64,000 nucleotides of DNA from Gemmatimonadota bacterium. Its GTDB lineage: Bacteria; Gemmatimonadota; Gemmatimonadetes; Gemmatimonadales; GWC2-71-9. The position numbers were made by a program, and so were the translations under genes. The notes beneath the pieces are model-generated. The model was given only the letters and a program-made list of their open reading frames with translations. It did no database searches and was not told where the DNA came from. Below are positions 1-9,471 of the stretch, piece by piece; the stretch's first letter is position 1; each line of letters starts with the position of its first letter. The stretch spans positions 32,001-96,000 of the forward strand of contig JBDHKN010000002.1 in the NCBI GenBank assembly GCA_039586365.1. Direction: 5' to 3'.

Positions 1-1
1 T

Positions 2-565
2 GCAGGACACCAGGAGTGTACGCTCTGCCACAGCTCGATCGCCGAGACCCGCTTGGCTTCAAACCACCGAGGCGTGAGGTGCGAGGTGTGCCATGGCCCG
101 GCTGCGGACCATGTAGCTGCCCCGTTGGACGTCCAACCGCCGGCACCTCGAGAGCGTGGTCTCTGCGTCCTGTGCCACGCGTACAACCCGTCACGACCGA
201 CGGGCTTCCCACAAATCGATCCGGTAGCTCACAACCCCCTCTTGCCCTGCATGGGTTGTCACGAGCCCCATGCGCCGGAACCCCCGGTCGTACCCGGAGA
301 GTGTAGCGCTTGTCATGGACAGATCGCCAGGCAGAAGGCGGTATCGCACCACGCTGGTTTGCCGTGCACGACCTGCCACGCAGCGCCGCAGTCACACAAG
401 GTCGATCCCCGATCGGTCCGGCCCACCAAACCGCAGGACCGGACATTCTGCGGCACGTGCCATGCCCAGGGGATACAGGGCGCACCCCAAATCGATCTGC
501 GCACCCACAACCCAACCTATCTGTGTTGGCAGTGCCACTACCCCCACTTTCCTGAGACGGAATGA
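2..565 (+). CDS. Multiheme c-type cytochrome, at least 8 hemes, 5'-truncated by window edge
   Basis: Frame is open from base 2 (AGHQECTLCH...). Motifs CTLCH, CEVCH, CVLCH, CMGCH, CSACH, CTTCH, CGTCH, CWQCH. Stop overlaps the next start (ATGA). Confidence 0.9.
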   Translation, partial: AGHQECTLCHSSIAETRLASNHRGVRCEVCHGPAADHVAAPLDVQPPAPRERGLCVLCHAYNPSRPTGFPQIDPVAHNPLLPCMGCHEPHAPEPPVVPGECSACHGQIARQKAVSHHAGLPCTTCHAAPQSHKVDPRSVRPTKPQDRTFCGTCHAQGIQGAPQIDLRTHNPTYLCWQCHYPHFPETE

Positions 566-1371
566 TGGCAGACAACGGCAGGATTCCCGACCCGACCCAC
601 AGTCCTCCTGCGACAGAGGACCTGGGCCGACGCGAGTTCTTGAACGAAGTTCTCACAGTATGCGGTGGAGCGGTACCGCTGTTCTTGGGCGCAGTCCGCG
701 TGCCATTGGCTGCCGCGCAAGAGACCGGGTATGACGCGACCGAACACTTCTACGGAATGGGCGTCGATGTCAACAGATGTATCGGCTGCGGCCGCTGCGT
801 GAGCGCTTGCACCATCGAGAATGATGTACCTCCGGAACCGCACTTCACCAACACGTGGGTCGAGCGCTACGTCATTGGCACCGATGGCACGGTGGTCGTG
901 GACAGCCCCGATGCAGGAATGAGCGGCTTCCCGCCCACGGAGCATGAAGAAGGCATCCTCAAGACTTTCTTCGTACCCAAGTTGTGCAACCACTGCGAGG
1001 AAGCTCCGTGCGTACAGGTCTGTCCGGTAGGAGCCACCTTCACTACCGACGATGGAGTGGTCTTGGTGGACGAAGAGTATTGCATCGGGTGCCGCTACTG
1101 CATTCAGGCGTGCCCTTACGGCGCGCGGTACCTTCACCCAGAAAAGCACGTTGCGGGTAAGTGCACTTTCTGCTACCACCGATTGGTCGAAGGGTTGGTG
1201 CCGGCCTGCGTGGAGGTCTGTCCTACCGAAGCGCGCATTTTTGGAGAGGTGGAGGGTCGCCCGACCCCGCTAGCCCAATTCACGCGTTTCAACCAGGTGC
1301 AGACTCTCAAGCCACACCTGAACACCAAACCGAAGGTGTACTACGCCAATCTGGATGGGGAGGTGAGGTAG
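562..1371 (+). CDS. NrfC/DmsB-like 4x[4Fe-4S] ferredoxin subunit, Tat-exported
   Basis: GRREFL twin-arginine motif; CIGCGRCVSAC, CNHCEEAPCVQVCP, CIGCRYCIQACP, CTFC...ACVEVCP. Confidence 0.93.
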   Translation: MMADNGRIPDPTHSPPATEDLGRREFLNEVLTVCGGAVPLFLGAVRVPLAAAQETGYDATEHFYGMGVDVNRCIGCGRCVSACTIENDVPPEPHFTNTWVERYVIGTDGTVVVDSPDAGMSGFPPTEHEEGILKTFFVPKLCNHCEEAPCVQVCPVGATFTTDDGVVLVDEEYCIGCRYCIQACPYGARYLHPEKHVAGKCTFCYHRLVEGLVPACVEVCPTEARIFGEVEGRPTPLAQFTRFNQVQTLKPHLNTKPKVYYANLDGEVR

Positions 1372-1374
1372 ACG

Positions 1375-2568
1375 ATGCAGGGTTACATCTATCCCAACGA
1401 GTTCGAGCTCCAGTGGAGCCTCCTCATAGTCCTCTATCCCTACATCACCGGACTCGTGGCTGGCGCGTTCATCCTGGCATCCCTGGAGCGCGTCTTCAAC
1501 GTGAAAGAAGTGCAGCCAACCTATAGGCTGTCGCTGCTCACCGCATTGGCATTCCTCCTGGTTGCCACACTTCCCTTGCTCGCACACTTGGGCCACCCAG
1601 AAAGATCATACGAGATCTTTCTGACACCCAACCGCAAGTCGGCCATGGCCATGTTCGGGTTCGTGTATGCCTGGTATTTGATGGTCGTGTTGTTGGTGGA
1701 GATCTGGTTCGACTACCGCAAGGACATGGTGCAGTGGTATCAACAGTCGAGTGGTCTCAAGCGTTGGTTCTACTACGCGCTTACTCTTGGAGCCACTGAT
1801 GTCTCCGAGAAATCGCTCAAGTTTGACGACAGCGCCGGACGTTGGATAACGATCATCGGGATCCCGTCAGCTTTTCTGCTGCATGGTTACGTTGGTTTCA
1901 TCTTTGGCTCTATCAAGGCCAACCCCTGGTGGAGCAGCGTACTGATGCCCGTCGTGTTCCTGTTCTCCGCAATCGTGTCAGGTATCGCGCTGGTCCTAGT
2001 TCTCTACATGCTTACCACGATGTTCCGCTGGCGAAAGATCGATATGGCATGTTTGGAGAAACTTGCTCAGTTTCTGTTCTACGCGCTGATCGTCGATTTC
2101 TCCTTAGAGGCGTTGGATTTCTTGCACCGCCTGTACGAGTCGGAGGAGTCGATCGAGATTCTGTCGCAAATGATACAGAGCCGGCTTTTCATTAGCCTCA
2201 TAGTGCTCCAGGTCCTCATGGGGACAGTCATCCCACTTGTCCTACTCGGCCTCACCTCACCTGCTTTGAAAAAGGGTGGGTTCGTCAAGGCTGCACCTGA
2301 GCTCAAACAGTTGATCTTCTTGACCTCCGCGGTTCTTGTGCAGATCGGGATCTTCAGCATCCGCTGGAACGTCGTGATAGGAGGGCAACTCTTCTCCAAG
2401 AGCCTACGGGGACTAACGGTATACAAGGTGGAATTACTTGGAATCGAGGGCTTAGCCGTGACTATGGGGCTCTTGTTCCTACCATTCGTAATCCTCTGGG
2501 TGCTGGTGAAGATACTCCCGCCGTGGACTGACACGGGAGCGCGTGCTGCATCTGCGGCCGCAGGATAG
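1375..2568 (+). CDS. NrfD/PsrC-family integral membrane quinol-interacting subunit
   Basis: About 10 hydrophobic segments; WSLLIVLYPYITGLVAG, HLGHPER, FLFSAIVSG, RWNVVIGGQ motifs; follows the NrfC-like gene. Confidence 0.9.
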   Translation: MQGYIYPNEFELQWSLLIVLYPYITGLVAGAFILASLERVFNVKEVQPTYRLSLLTALAFLLVATLPLLAHLGHPERSYEIFLTPNRKSAMAMFGFVYAWYLMVVLLVEIWFDYRKDMVQWYQQSSGLKRWFYYALTLGATDVSEKSLKFDDSAGRWITIIGIPSAFLLHGYVGFIFGSIKANPWWSSVLMPVVFLFSAIVSGIALVLVLYMLTTMFRWRKIDMACLEKLAQFLFYALIVDFSLEALDFLHRLYESEESIEILSQMIQSRLFISLIVLQVLMGTVIPLVLLGLTSPALKKGGFVKAAPELKQLIFLTSAVLVQIGIFSIRWNVVIGGQLFSKSLRGLTVYKVELLGIEGLAVTMGLLFLPFVILWVLVKILPPWTDTGARAASAAAG

Positions 2569-2638
2569 GCGACCCCTAACAGTACGGGTCTGGAGAGGCT
2601 GGCAATACCCTGACTGCAACCGTCGAGCGGAGGCCGAG

Positions 2639-3055
2639 ATGAATCGCATCAGCAAGAGGATCAGTAGTGCACTCTCTGGAGTGAAGTGCCCGGGCTGCAA
2701 CAAGTTCGTGGTACCGACACTAATGCCAGACCAGGAGCCGCCCGTGGAGACGCAAGACACTGGCCGCCGATGGTCTTTCGTCTGGCGCCCTCCAAGCGGA
2801 GAGGTATGTCCGGAGTGTTTCTTCCCACTGGCACGGTACGCTCGGCGCGTCAAGTGGATCCGGCTGTTCACCACTGGCGTCGTGCTACTGACGATCTCGT
2901 TTCTGCTGTACCTTATCATGAGATTCGGCAGTTCCAGCCAGGTACTCTTGTGGGTGTTGAGGACAGCGACTACTGTAGGGCTTCTCGCTTTTCTAGTAGG
3001 ACTGGTTGGACTGATCGTTGGAGGGCGTAGCAGTCCGGGACCGATCGACTCTTGA
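2639..3055 (+). CDS. Zinc-ribbon membrane protein, hypothetical
   Basis: GGAGG before ATG 2639; CPGC...CPEC followed by two TM helices. Confidence 0.7.
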   Translation: MNRISKRISSALSGVKCPGCNKFVVPTLMPDQEPPVETQDTGRRWSFVWRPPSGEVCPECFFPLARYARRVKWIRLFTTGVVLLTISFLLYLIMRFGSSSQVLLWVLRTATTVGLLAFLVGLVGLIVGGRSSPGPIDS

Positions 3056-3167
3056 ACTCGTGGATCATGCGCGGAGCATGTTACGTAAGTAGGGTTGACG
3101 GCCGCAACCCAAATGCGCCCCGGATAATCGCGGGCCTTGTGGCCCTTCTTCAGACGTCGGGGAGACC

Positions 3168-4454
3168 ATGCTGATGGCTAGGCCGTCGGTGACAGCACTG
3201 GGGACTCTAGTTTCCCTCGCGCTCGCGGCTGTGCCACCGGGCGCTACTGGGCAGTCGCAGGGAGAGCAGCAGCCGGACAACTGCCAGACGTGCCACGAGG
3301 TGCTCGATGAGCGTCTTGCAGCACCTGCCAGAGCCTTCACCGAGGACATTCACGCGGCAAAGGGCTTTGGCTGTGTAGCCTGTCACGGGGGCGACCCCAG
3401 AGAGGCAGGCATGCAGGGCATGGACCGGACCAAAGGATTCGTGGGAAGGCCAAGCGCCCGGGAGATCCCTGTCATCTGCGGCAGGTGCCACTCCGACGCA
3501 GAGTTCATGAGGCGGTACAATCCGGCGCTGCGAGTGGATCAGGTGACCGAGTATCGGACCTCGGTGCACGGGCAGCTACTGCTTGGGCAAGGCGATACGA
3601 AGGTCGCGACCTGCAACAGCTGCCACCCAGCACATTCGATAAGGCCGTCGTCAGATCCCCTGTCGAGCGTGCACCCCCTGAGAGTGGTCGAGACCTGCGG
3701 TGGGTGCCACGCGGACACCACCTACATGCAGCCCTACGACATCCCCACGGACCAGCGCGAAAGGTACGAGCAGAGCATCCACTGGCAGATGCTTTCGATC
3801 GAGGGGGACCTCTCCGCGCCGACGTGCAACGACTGTCACGGCAACCATGGGGCTGCACCACCGGGACTCTCCTGGGTCGGCAACGTGTGCGGACAATGCC
3901 ACTCGGTTATGGCTGATAACTACGGGCAGAGCCGACACGCAGAGACCTTCGCCCTTCTAGGTGTACCAGGTTGCGCAACCTGTCATCAGAACCACGCCAT
4001 CAAGCAGGCCAGCGACGAGATGTTGGGGCTTGATGAGGGGGCCGTCTGCGCTAGATGCCACTCAGCCGAGGACGCGGGCGGGCAGGCGGCGAAGGCAATG
4101 CGGTCACTCCTCGACTCGCTCGGTCGCTCGTTTGCGGAGGCCGACTCAATCCTCAGACAGGCAGAGCGGGCAGGAATGGAGGTGAGCGAGGCGCTCTTCC
4201 AACTGGGCAGTGCGAACAACGCTGCGGTGTTGGCACGGGCGTCCATGCATGCATTTGACGTGGTGGCCGTGAGGGAGAAGGTCGAAGACGGACTGGAGAT
4301 CACAGCTGAAGCACACGAACGTGGCCAGGAGTCGCTGGACGAGCTTCAGTTCCGGCGGGCCGGCCTCGCTATTTCGGTCACGATAATCATACTGCTGATA
4401 GTGGGACTCCTACTCGCGATCCGGCAGATAGAACACAGGCGACGGACGACTTGA
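3168..4454 (+). CDS. Nonaheme cytochrome c with helical stalk and C-terminal TM anchor (bc module 1)
   Basis: Signal peptide, 9 CxxCH, coiled-coil-like region, C-terminal hydrophobic helix with basic tail. Confidence 0.93.
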   Translation: MLMARPSVTALGTLVSLALAAVPPGATGQSQGEQQPDNCQTCHEVLDERLAAPARAFTEDIHAAKGFGCVACHGGDPREAGMQGMDRTKGFVGRPSAREIPVICGRCHSDAEFMRRYNPALRVDQVTEYRTSVHGQLLLGQGDTKVATCNSCHPAHSIRPSSDPLSSVHPLRVVETCGGCHADTTYMQPYDIPTDQRERYEQSIHWQMLSIEGDLSAPTCNDCHGNHGAAPPGLSWVGNVCGQCHSVMADNYGQSRHAETFALLGVPGCATCHQNHAIKQASDEMLGLDEGAVCARCHSAEDAGGQAAKAMRSLLDSLGRSFAEADSILRQAERAGMEVSEALFQLGSANNAAVLARASMHAFDVVAVREKVEDGLEITAEAHERGQESLDELQFRRAGLAISVTIIILLIVGLLLAIRQIEHRRRTT

Positions 4455-4469
4455 CGCAGGGAAATTGCA

Positions 4470-4952
4470 ATGGCTGAGGACGTACCGACTCCCGGGACCT
4501 CCCGCAGGAGATTCATCGACTGGCTCCTGGGCAGGACGCTCATCACGTGGCTTCTCAGCACCAGTTTCGGCGGCCTGGTACTGGCCGTTGTGTACCCGGC
4601 AGGTCGCTACCTCGTGCCGCCCGAGGCTGGTGAGTCCGCCGCAACGTCGGTGACCTTGCCCTTCGCCCCAGACGACATCTCGCCCAACAGTGCCGAGATC
4701 TTCAGGTTCGGCAGCCGCCCGGGGCTCTTGGTAAAGACAGCTGCGGGTGAACTCCGGGCCTACTCAGCCACGTGTACCCATCTGGGATGTATCGTCCAGT
4801 ATCGGAACGACATCGCGCACATCTGGTGTGCTTGCCACAACGGGCACTTTGATCTGAACGGTGTCAACATCCAGGGGCCACCTCCTGCACCCCTGGAGAC
4901 GTACGCGGTCAACGTGAGTGAGGACCGGATCGTCGTGAGCCGGAGAACCTGA
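4470..4952 (+). CDS. Rieske [2Fe-2S] protein of cytochrome bc complex
   Basis: SRRRFI Tat motif, TM helix, CTHLGC and CACHNG boxes, GPPPAPL. Confidence 0.95.
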   Translation: MAEDVPTPGTSRRRFIDWLLGRTLITWLLSTSFGGLVLAVVYPAGRYLVPPEAGESAATSVTLPFAPDDISPNSAEIFRFGSRPGLLVKTAAGELRAYSATCTHLGCIVQYRNDIAHIWCACHNGHFDLNGVNIQGPPPAPLETYAVNVSEDRIVVSRRT

Positions 4953-4953
4953 C

Positions 4954-6051
4954 ATGGCCCGTGTGCATCGGTGGTTGGCGGTCTTTCAGGCGTGGCTTGA
5001 CCAACGTGTCGAGCTAGATGCCTTTAAGGCACTTGTCAAGAAGAAGGAGGTACCGGTACATCGACACACTGTCTGGTATTACCTGGGAGGGATGACCCTC
5101 TTCCTGTTCGTGGTTCAGGTTGCCACGGGCATACTCCTGCTCTTCTATTACCGACCGAGCGCGGAGGAAGCCTTCGAGTCGGTTCAGTTCCTGATGGCAG
5201 AAGTCGAATTCGGTTGGTTGGTGCGCTCGATCCACTCATGGGCGGCCAACATAATGATCTTCACTCTGTTCCTCCATCTCTTCAGCGTGTTGCTCCTCAA
5301 GGCATACCGCCCACCGCGAGAGATCACTTGGTTCTCTGGCGTAGCACTTCTGGCAACTGCCCTGGGGTTCGGGTTCACTGGGTACCTGCTACCATGGAAC
5401 GAACTGGCGTACTTCGCGACGCGGGTCGGAACGGAGATTACGGGCGCGATACCCCTCGTGGGAGACTTTCTACTCCGGGTCGCGCGTGGCGGAGATGATG
5501 TCACCGGTGCGACACTCACGCGATTCTACGCGTTTCATGTGGCGGTGCTCCCAGCAGTCACGACCGCGCTCTTGGGCATCCACTTGCTCCTCGTTCAGAA
5601 GCAAGGCATGAGCGTCCCGCCTAGTGTGGAGCGCGCAAGCGGCGGTAAGCGGGTGATGCCTTTCTTCCCGGACTTCCTCCTGCGGGACCTCGTGGGTTGG
5701 CTCGTGGCGTTGGCATTCCTCGCTGCGCTGGCTGCATATTTCCCGGCGGAACTCGGGGAGAAGGCCGACCCCTTCTTACCGGCCCCCGCAGGTATCAAGC
5801 CCGAGTGGTATTTCATGTTCATGTTTCAGACCCTGAAATATCTGCCGGCCCACATTCTCGGCATCGAGGGTGAAGTCGTGGGCATTCTGGGGTTCGCCTT
5901 GGGTGGTGTCCTCTTCCTACTCATCCCGCTGTTGGACCGCCGCACGGGCCGCGGTGAGCCCAGCAAGTTGTTCACGTGGATCGGGATAGGGATCATTGTC
6001 TACGTGGTCGTGTTGACCTACCTCGGCTACACGGTGGATCCCACGACGTAG
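4954..6051 (+). CDS. Cytochrome b of bc complex (b6-like domain fused to subunit IV-like domain)
   Basis: Four heme His (RSIHSW...FLHLF; FHVAV...GIHLL), GYLLPW, intact PEWY at 5800-5811. Confidence 0.95.
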   Translation: MARVHRWLAVFQAWLDQRVELDAFKALVKKKEVPVHRHTVWYYLGGMTLFLFVVQVATGILLLFYYRPSAEEAFESVQFLMAEVEFGWLVRSIHSWAANIMIFTLFLHLFSVLLLKAYRPPREITWFSGVALLATALGFGFTGYLLPWNELAYFATRVGTEITGAIPLVGDFLLRVARGGDDVTGATLTRFYAFHVAVLPAVTTALLGIHLLLVQKQGMSVPPSVERASGGKRVMPFFPDFLLRDLVGWLVALAFLAALAAYFPAELGEKADPFLPAPAGIKPEWYFMFMFQTLKYLPAHILGIEGEVVGILGFALGGVLFLLIPLLDRRTGRGEPSKLFTWIGIGIIVYVVVLTYLGYTVDPTT

Positions 6052-6288
6052 GGCCCGCTGCCGGTCTTGACGCCACTTCGCCAGCGGGACCCGTCTGAGA
6101 CCAGCCTCACAGGATCTTCACGGTTGGTTACCGGCAGTACCGTACATTGAGGTCGGTCGACGAGAAGGAGCGTTGGACCAGGCGACCGGATGGGCGAGTG
6201 AAGAGCAACCACCGGCAGTCGCGTGTGGATGCCTGACCGACCAACCCGAGGCATTCATAGCCGCACCCACACTCCCTGCCGCGGGGTT

Positions 6289-7047
6289 ATGGAGATGACC
6301 AACAAGAGCAAGACATCCAAGCCCACCTTCTGCCCACATTGTGGCACCCCTGCCAGCGGCAAATTCTGTATCAAGTGTGGCACGCCCCTGAAAGGGGCTA
6401 GCTGCCCGAGCTGTGGTGCGCCACTTCAACCCGGTGCGAACTTCTGCCACAACTGTTCTCACCGCCTCGGCAATAGCCGAGGCGCGAACTCGGTACTGCC
6501 GTGGGCCCTCGCCGGTGCAGCGGCTGTCGTCCTGATTATCGTGGCGGTGATCAACTTGGGACCGTCCTCACCTTTGCCTACTGCCCTCCCATCAGCCTTA
6601 GCATCACAGGGAGCAGTGACACCCAGCACACCGCGGGGCGAAGCGGACGCCCTGTTCGAGCGGGCCATGACCGCGTTCGAGAATGGTGACTCCTCGCAAG
6701 CTGCCTTCTCCGGGCAGATGGCGTTGAACGCCTACGCGCTACTCGAAGATCTCGATCCCGACGCCCACTTCCACATCGGGCTGCTGCGGCAAATCGAGGG
6801 TGACTTCGACGCTATGTTGGCCCAGGCGGACTCGATAGAGCAGCTGTCCCCAGGACATCTGTTTCCCCCCATTCTCCGTCACCGAGTCGGACGCATGAGC
6901 GGAGACGACGATCTGATGCAACGGTCGTACAGGCGGTTTCTCGAGCGCTACGAAGGTGAGATAGTGACCAATAGGTTCGAATACGATGCACACAACAGGC
7001 TGATCGACAGCTTCCGAACTGAAGCCCGGCAGGCTGTGGGGATGTGA
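6289..7047 (+). CDS. Double zinc-ribbon / TM / TPR-like protein
   Basis: CPHCG..CIKCG..CPSCG..CHNC, one TM helix, helical repeat-like C-terminus. Start 6289 or 6295. Confidence 0.8.
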   Translation: MEMTNKSKTSKPTFCPHCGTPASGKFCIKCGTPLKGASCPSCGAPLQPGANFCHNCSHRLGNSRGANSVLPWALAGAAAVVLIIVAVINLGPSSPLPTALPSALASQGAVTPSTPRGEADALFERAMTAFENGDSSQAAFSGQMALNAYALLEDLDPDAHFHIGLLRQIEGDFDAMLAQADSIEQLSPGHLFPPILRHRVGRMSGDDDLMQRSYRRFLERYEGEIVTNRFEYDAHNRLIDSFRTEARQAVGM

Positions 7048-7108
7048 ACGAAGGGGAGGCGGGATATGGCCTGACTTACACAACAAACCCTACAATCCAG
7101 GACACAAC

Positions 7109-7726
7109 ATGCCCCAATCACGCTCTTCGTTCGCCATCGCCATGGAAGACTACAAGGCGGCTGGTGGCCTGCGGCCCGGTATTGCTCTCACGCTTGCCGC
7201 CGTGGCTCTCATAGCGGCGATCGCCGTCGGAGCGGTGCACATCATCGATCTCGGCAAATCCCGCGAGTCGATCGATGAGCGAGGCCGCACCATCAGGGCG
7301 ATCCACTCGTACAACGCCGCACTCGAGGTCTGGCGTAAGATGGCCGTTACACCGACCCAGTTCCCAGAGCAAACGAGGTTGCGCGACAGCATCTCGACCA
7401 CGTTGACGGCTCAGCTTTCGGCGCTCGAAGAGCAAGTGCAGGACTCCGTGGATAAGAGGCTCGTCGCGCAAGTGCTAGAAGATTTGCGGCAGCCTTCCGA
7501 CGCAGAAGTCTGGGGCCCTGAGCTCGGGATCCGGGGTCGTGCTGCCATGATTGTCTTGACGGCGCGCCAAGACTCTGCTCTCGTCCGAATAGCTGCCGGT
7601 CAGGGTCGGTCTCAGTTCTTCGCCGCTGTGTTCATCGGGTTATCTCTCCTGGCGGCCGGCATATTGGTTGTACCGATGTCGTGGGTGTATGTGCGGTTCA
7701 AGAGGGGGCATCCGATGGGGACGTGA
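7109..7726 (+). CDS. Two-TM membrane protein with helical extracytoplasmic domain
   Basis: Two hydrophobic helices flanking about 125 aa of amphipathic helical sequence. Confidence 0.7.
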   Translation: MPQSRSSFAIAMEDYKAAGGLRPGIALTLAAVALIAAIAVGAVHIIDLGKSRESIDERGRTIRAIHSYNAALEVWRKMAVTPTQFPEQTRLRDSISTTLTAQLSALEEQVQDSVDKRLVAQVLEDLRQPSDAEVWGPELGIRGRAAMIVLTARQDSALVRIAAGQGRSQFFAAVFIGLSLLAAGILVVPMSWVYVRFKRGHPMGT

Positions 7727-7731
7727 GTAGA

Positions 7732-7759
7732 GGGAGCGGGGAGCGCGGAGCGGGGAGCT
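7732..7759 (+). repeat. 4x heptamer tandem (GGGAGCG)
   Basis: GGGAGCG GGGAGCG CGGAGCG GGGAGCT just after the stop at 7726. Confidence 0.7.
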
Positions 7760-7809
7760 GGATCTTCCGGAGCCGATCGGGACCACAGGAGGGTCCCGTT
7801 CCCTCTAAC

Positions 7810-7843
7810 GAGCTACGGGCGGGAAACTTCCCGCCCGTAGCTC
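7810..7843. terminator. Perfect 16-bp inverted repeat between convergent gene clusters
   Basis: GAGCTACGGGCGGGAA-ac-TTCCCGCCCGTAGCTC; no strong U tract. Confidence 0.7.
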
Positions 7844-7869
7844 CAAAACAACTCTAAAAGCCTTCCGAT

Positions 7870-8268
7870 CTAACCGGCTGGTTTGTGGCACAGCGTGCAG
7901 TACTTGACGTCTCTTCCCTCGTGGCTGGCTGGAGCGTCAGGCACAGGCTCCATGGCACCAGCTTTGTGACACATCATGCACTGCTCACGCCCGGCGATGT
8001 CGTGCGGTATTGCCTTGGCATCCGCTGTGAGCATCGGTGAGTCCGTGGCATGACACCACAGGCAGCTCTCGTTGCCCCGGTCGGCATGACTAGCCGGGGC
8101 GTCTGGTACGGGCTCCATGGCACCGGCTGTGTGGCACATCAGGCACTGCTCACGCCCGGCTGTGTCGTGGCTAACTGGCTTGGGCCTATCCTGAGCCAGT
8201 ACTGGTGCCGTCCAGAGACCCGCTACCAACACGAATCCAGCGACGGCAAAGAAACGGCCATGCTTCAT
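7870..8268 (-). CDS. Small periplasmic tetraheme cytochrome c (tandem duplicated diheme unit)
   Basis: Sec signal (VLA-Q); CLMCH, CLWCH, CMMCH, CTLCH; two near-identical halves. Confidence 0.92.
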   Translation of the reverse strand: MKHGRFFAVAGFVLVAGLWTAPVLAQDRPKPVSHDTAGREQCLMCHTAGAMEPVPDAPASHADRGNESCLWCHATDSPMLTADAKAIPHDIAGREQCMMCHKAGAMEPVPDAPASHEGRDVKYCTLCHKPAG

Positions 8269-8387
8269 CTGTTTGACTCCCGGTTCAGTTTAGGAGGATT
8301 CTAATTGCCACAGCGAAGTTGTGTCCTGCGGACCTGCTTCGCTGTCCCACACGAGACGGACTGAGCCTCTCTCGAAGGGACTGTAGC

Positions 8388-8402
8388 GCAAGGAACGTTC
8401 CG
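8388..8402 (-). promoter_or_regulatory. Putative sigma54 -24/-12 promoter
   Basis: Minus strand CGGAACG-TTCC-TTGC vs consensus TGGCACG-N4-TTGC; GG-N10-GC spacing exact; 120 nt upstream of the tetraheme gene. Confidence 0.55.
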
Positions 8403-8504
8403 AAGATACGCCATCCCTCCAGATTGTGCGAGCCTCGGTTTTGCCACAAGTTCGGCGCCGAACGGGGCAAACTTGCAGCCGGCGCCAATCGTCCACCAGC
8501 CAAT

Positions 8505-8522
8505 TGTCCTAAAAATAGGACA
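8505..8522. promoter_or_regulatory. Palindromic operator, candidate enhancer-binding-protein site
   Basis: TGTCCTA-aaaa-TAGGACA, perfect arms, about 100 bp upstream of the sigma54-like site. Confidence 0.55.
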
Positions 8523-8556
8523 CCACAGTGTGCAGCAAGTTCCGGACGGTCCCCTG

Positions 8557-9471
8557 CTACCCCACCCCAGGAATCGACGAACCGTGACAGACAGAACACA
8601 TCGAGGGGTTCTTGTCTCTCAGCCGATCGGCATCGAATCCCGGTCCGTGCGGATTGACCCTGCCTGACAACGCAGAATGGCAGCGCAGGCAGTCGCTCTC
8701 AGCGTGGCACGCCACGCATGATTCGAGACTTTGCCGCGCAGCCTGTCCGTGCCCGGCAATGAAGTTTTGCTTGGCGTCGTGGTAACGCGACCCAATACCC
8801 CCGATCGCCGTGAGGCCCGCCTGAAGATGGCAGCTGGCGCAGAAGGAGCGCACGTTGTGGCAATCGCTGCACGAGAGTTCGCGAGTATACGCAGCCGTTG
8901 GGTGCTCGGACAGGAAATTGGCTGGATGATAACCAGGGGATCCCGTGGCGGGGTTCGGCTGGTGGCACTCCAAACAGTCACCCCTCACATGGCAACCAGC
9001 ACAGGTTTCTGGCGCTGCCGCAGCTTCAGCTGAGTGGCGATTCCGGAAATCGCTGCCGTGCCACACCGAAGGGCTATTGAGCGCCTCCGACTTGCTGTGA
9101 CAGTCGCGGCATTGGCCAGCCATCGGAAGCTCTCCGGCCACCACATGACAGTCAGCGCACTCATTGCTTGCAGCTTCGATGTGGCGTCCGTGCTCGAACC
9201 TCAGATTGGACTGTGGCCGCGGCTCGGTCGGCGTCCAGTCTATCGCGGGCTGCAGATTGCCGTCGTGACACGCCGCGCAAAACGTCGGCTGCGGATAGGG
9301 AGAAGCATCCGGCTGCGTTACACCACCGTGGCACGCGTCACACCCGAACAACCCCGCATGCTTATCGTGGGGGAACGGCTTCGAAATAACGACTGACGCC
9401 AAAGGAGCCCATCCCATTCCCACGGCAACCGTTGTCACCGCCAGCAACGCCAACAACTTGATCGCTCTCAT
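8557..9471 (-). CDS. 11-heme periplasmic cytochrome c (porin-associated)
   Basis: Signal peptide; 11 CxxCH in 304 aa; start overlaps the porin stop. Confidence 0.92.
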   Translation of the reverse strand: MRAIKLLALLAVTTVAVGMGWAPLASVVISKPFPHDKHAGLFGCDACHGGVTQPDASPYPQPTFCAACHDGNLQPAIDWTPTEPRPQSNLRFEHGRHIEAASNECADCHVVAGELPMAGQCRDCHSKSEALNSPSVWHGSDFRNRHSAEAAAAPETCAGCHVRGDCLECHQPNPATGSPGYHPANFLSEHPTAAYTRELSCSDCHNVRSFCASCHLQAGLTAIGGIGSRYHDAKQNFIAGHGQAARQSLESCVACHAESDCLRCHSALSGRVNPHGPGFDADRLRDKNPSMCSVCHGSSIPGVG

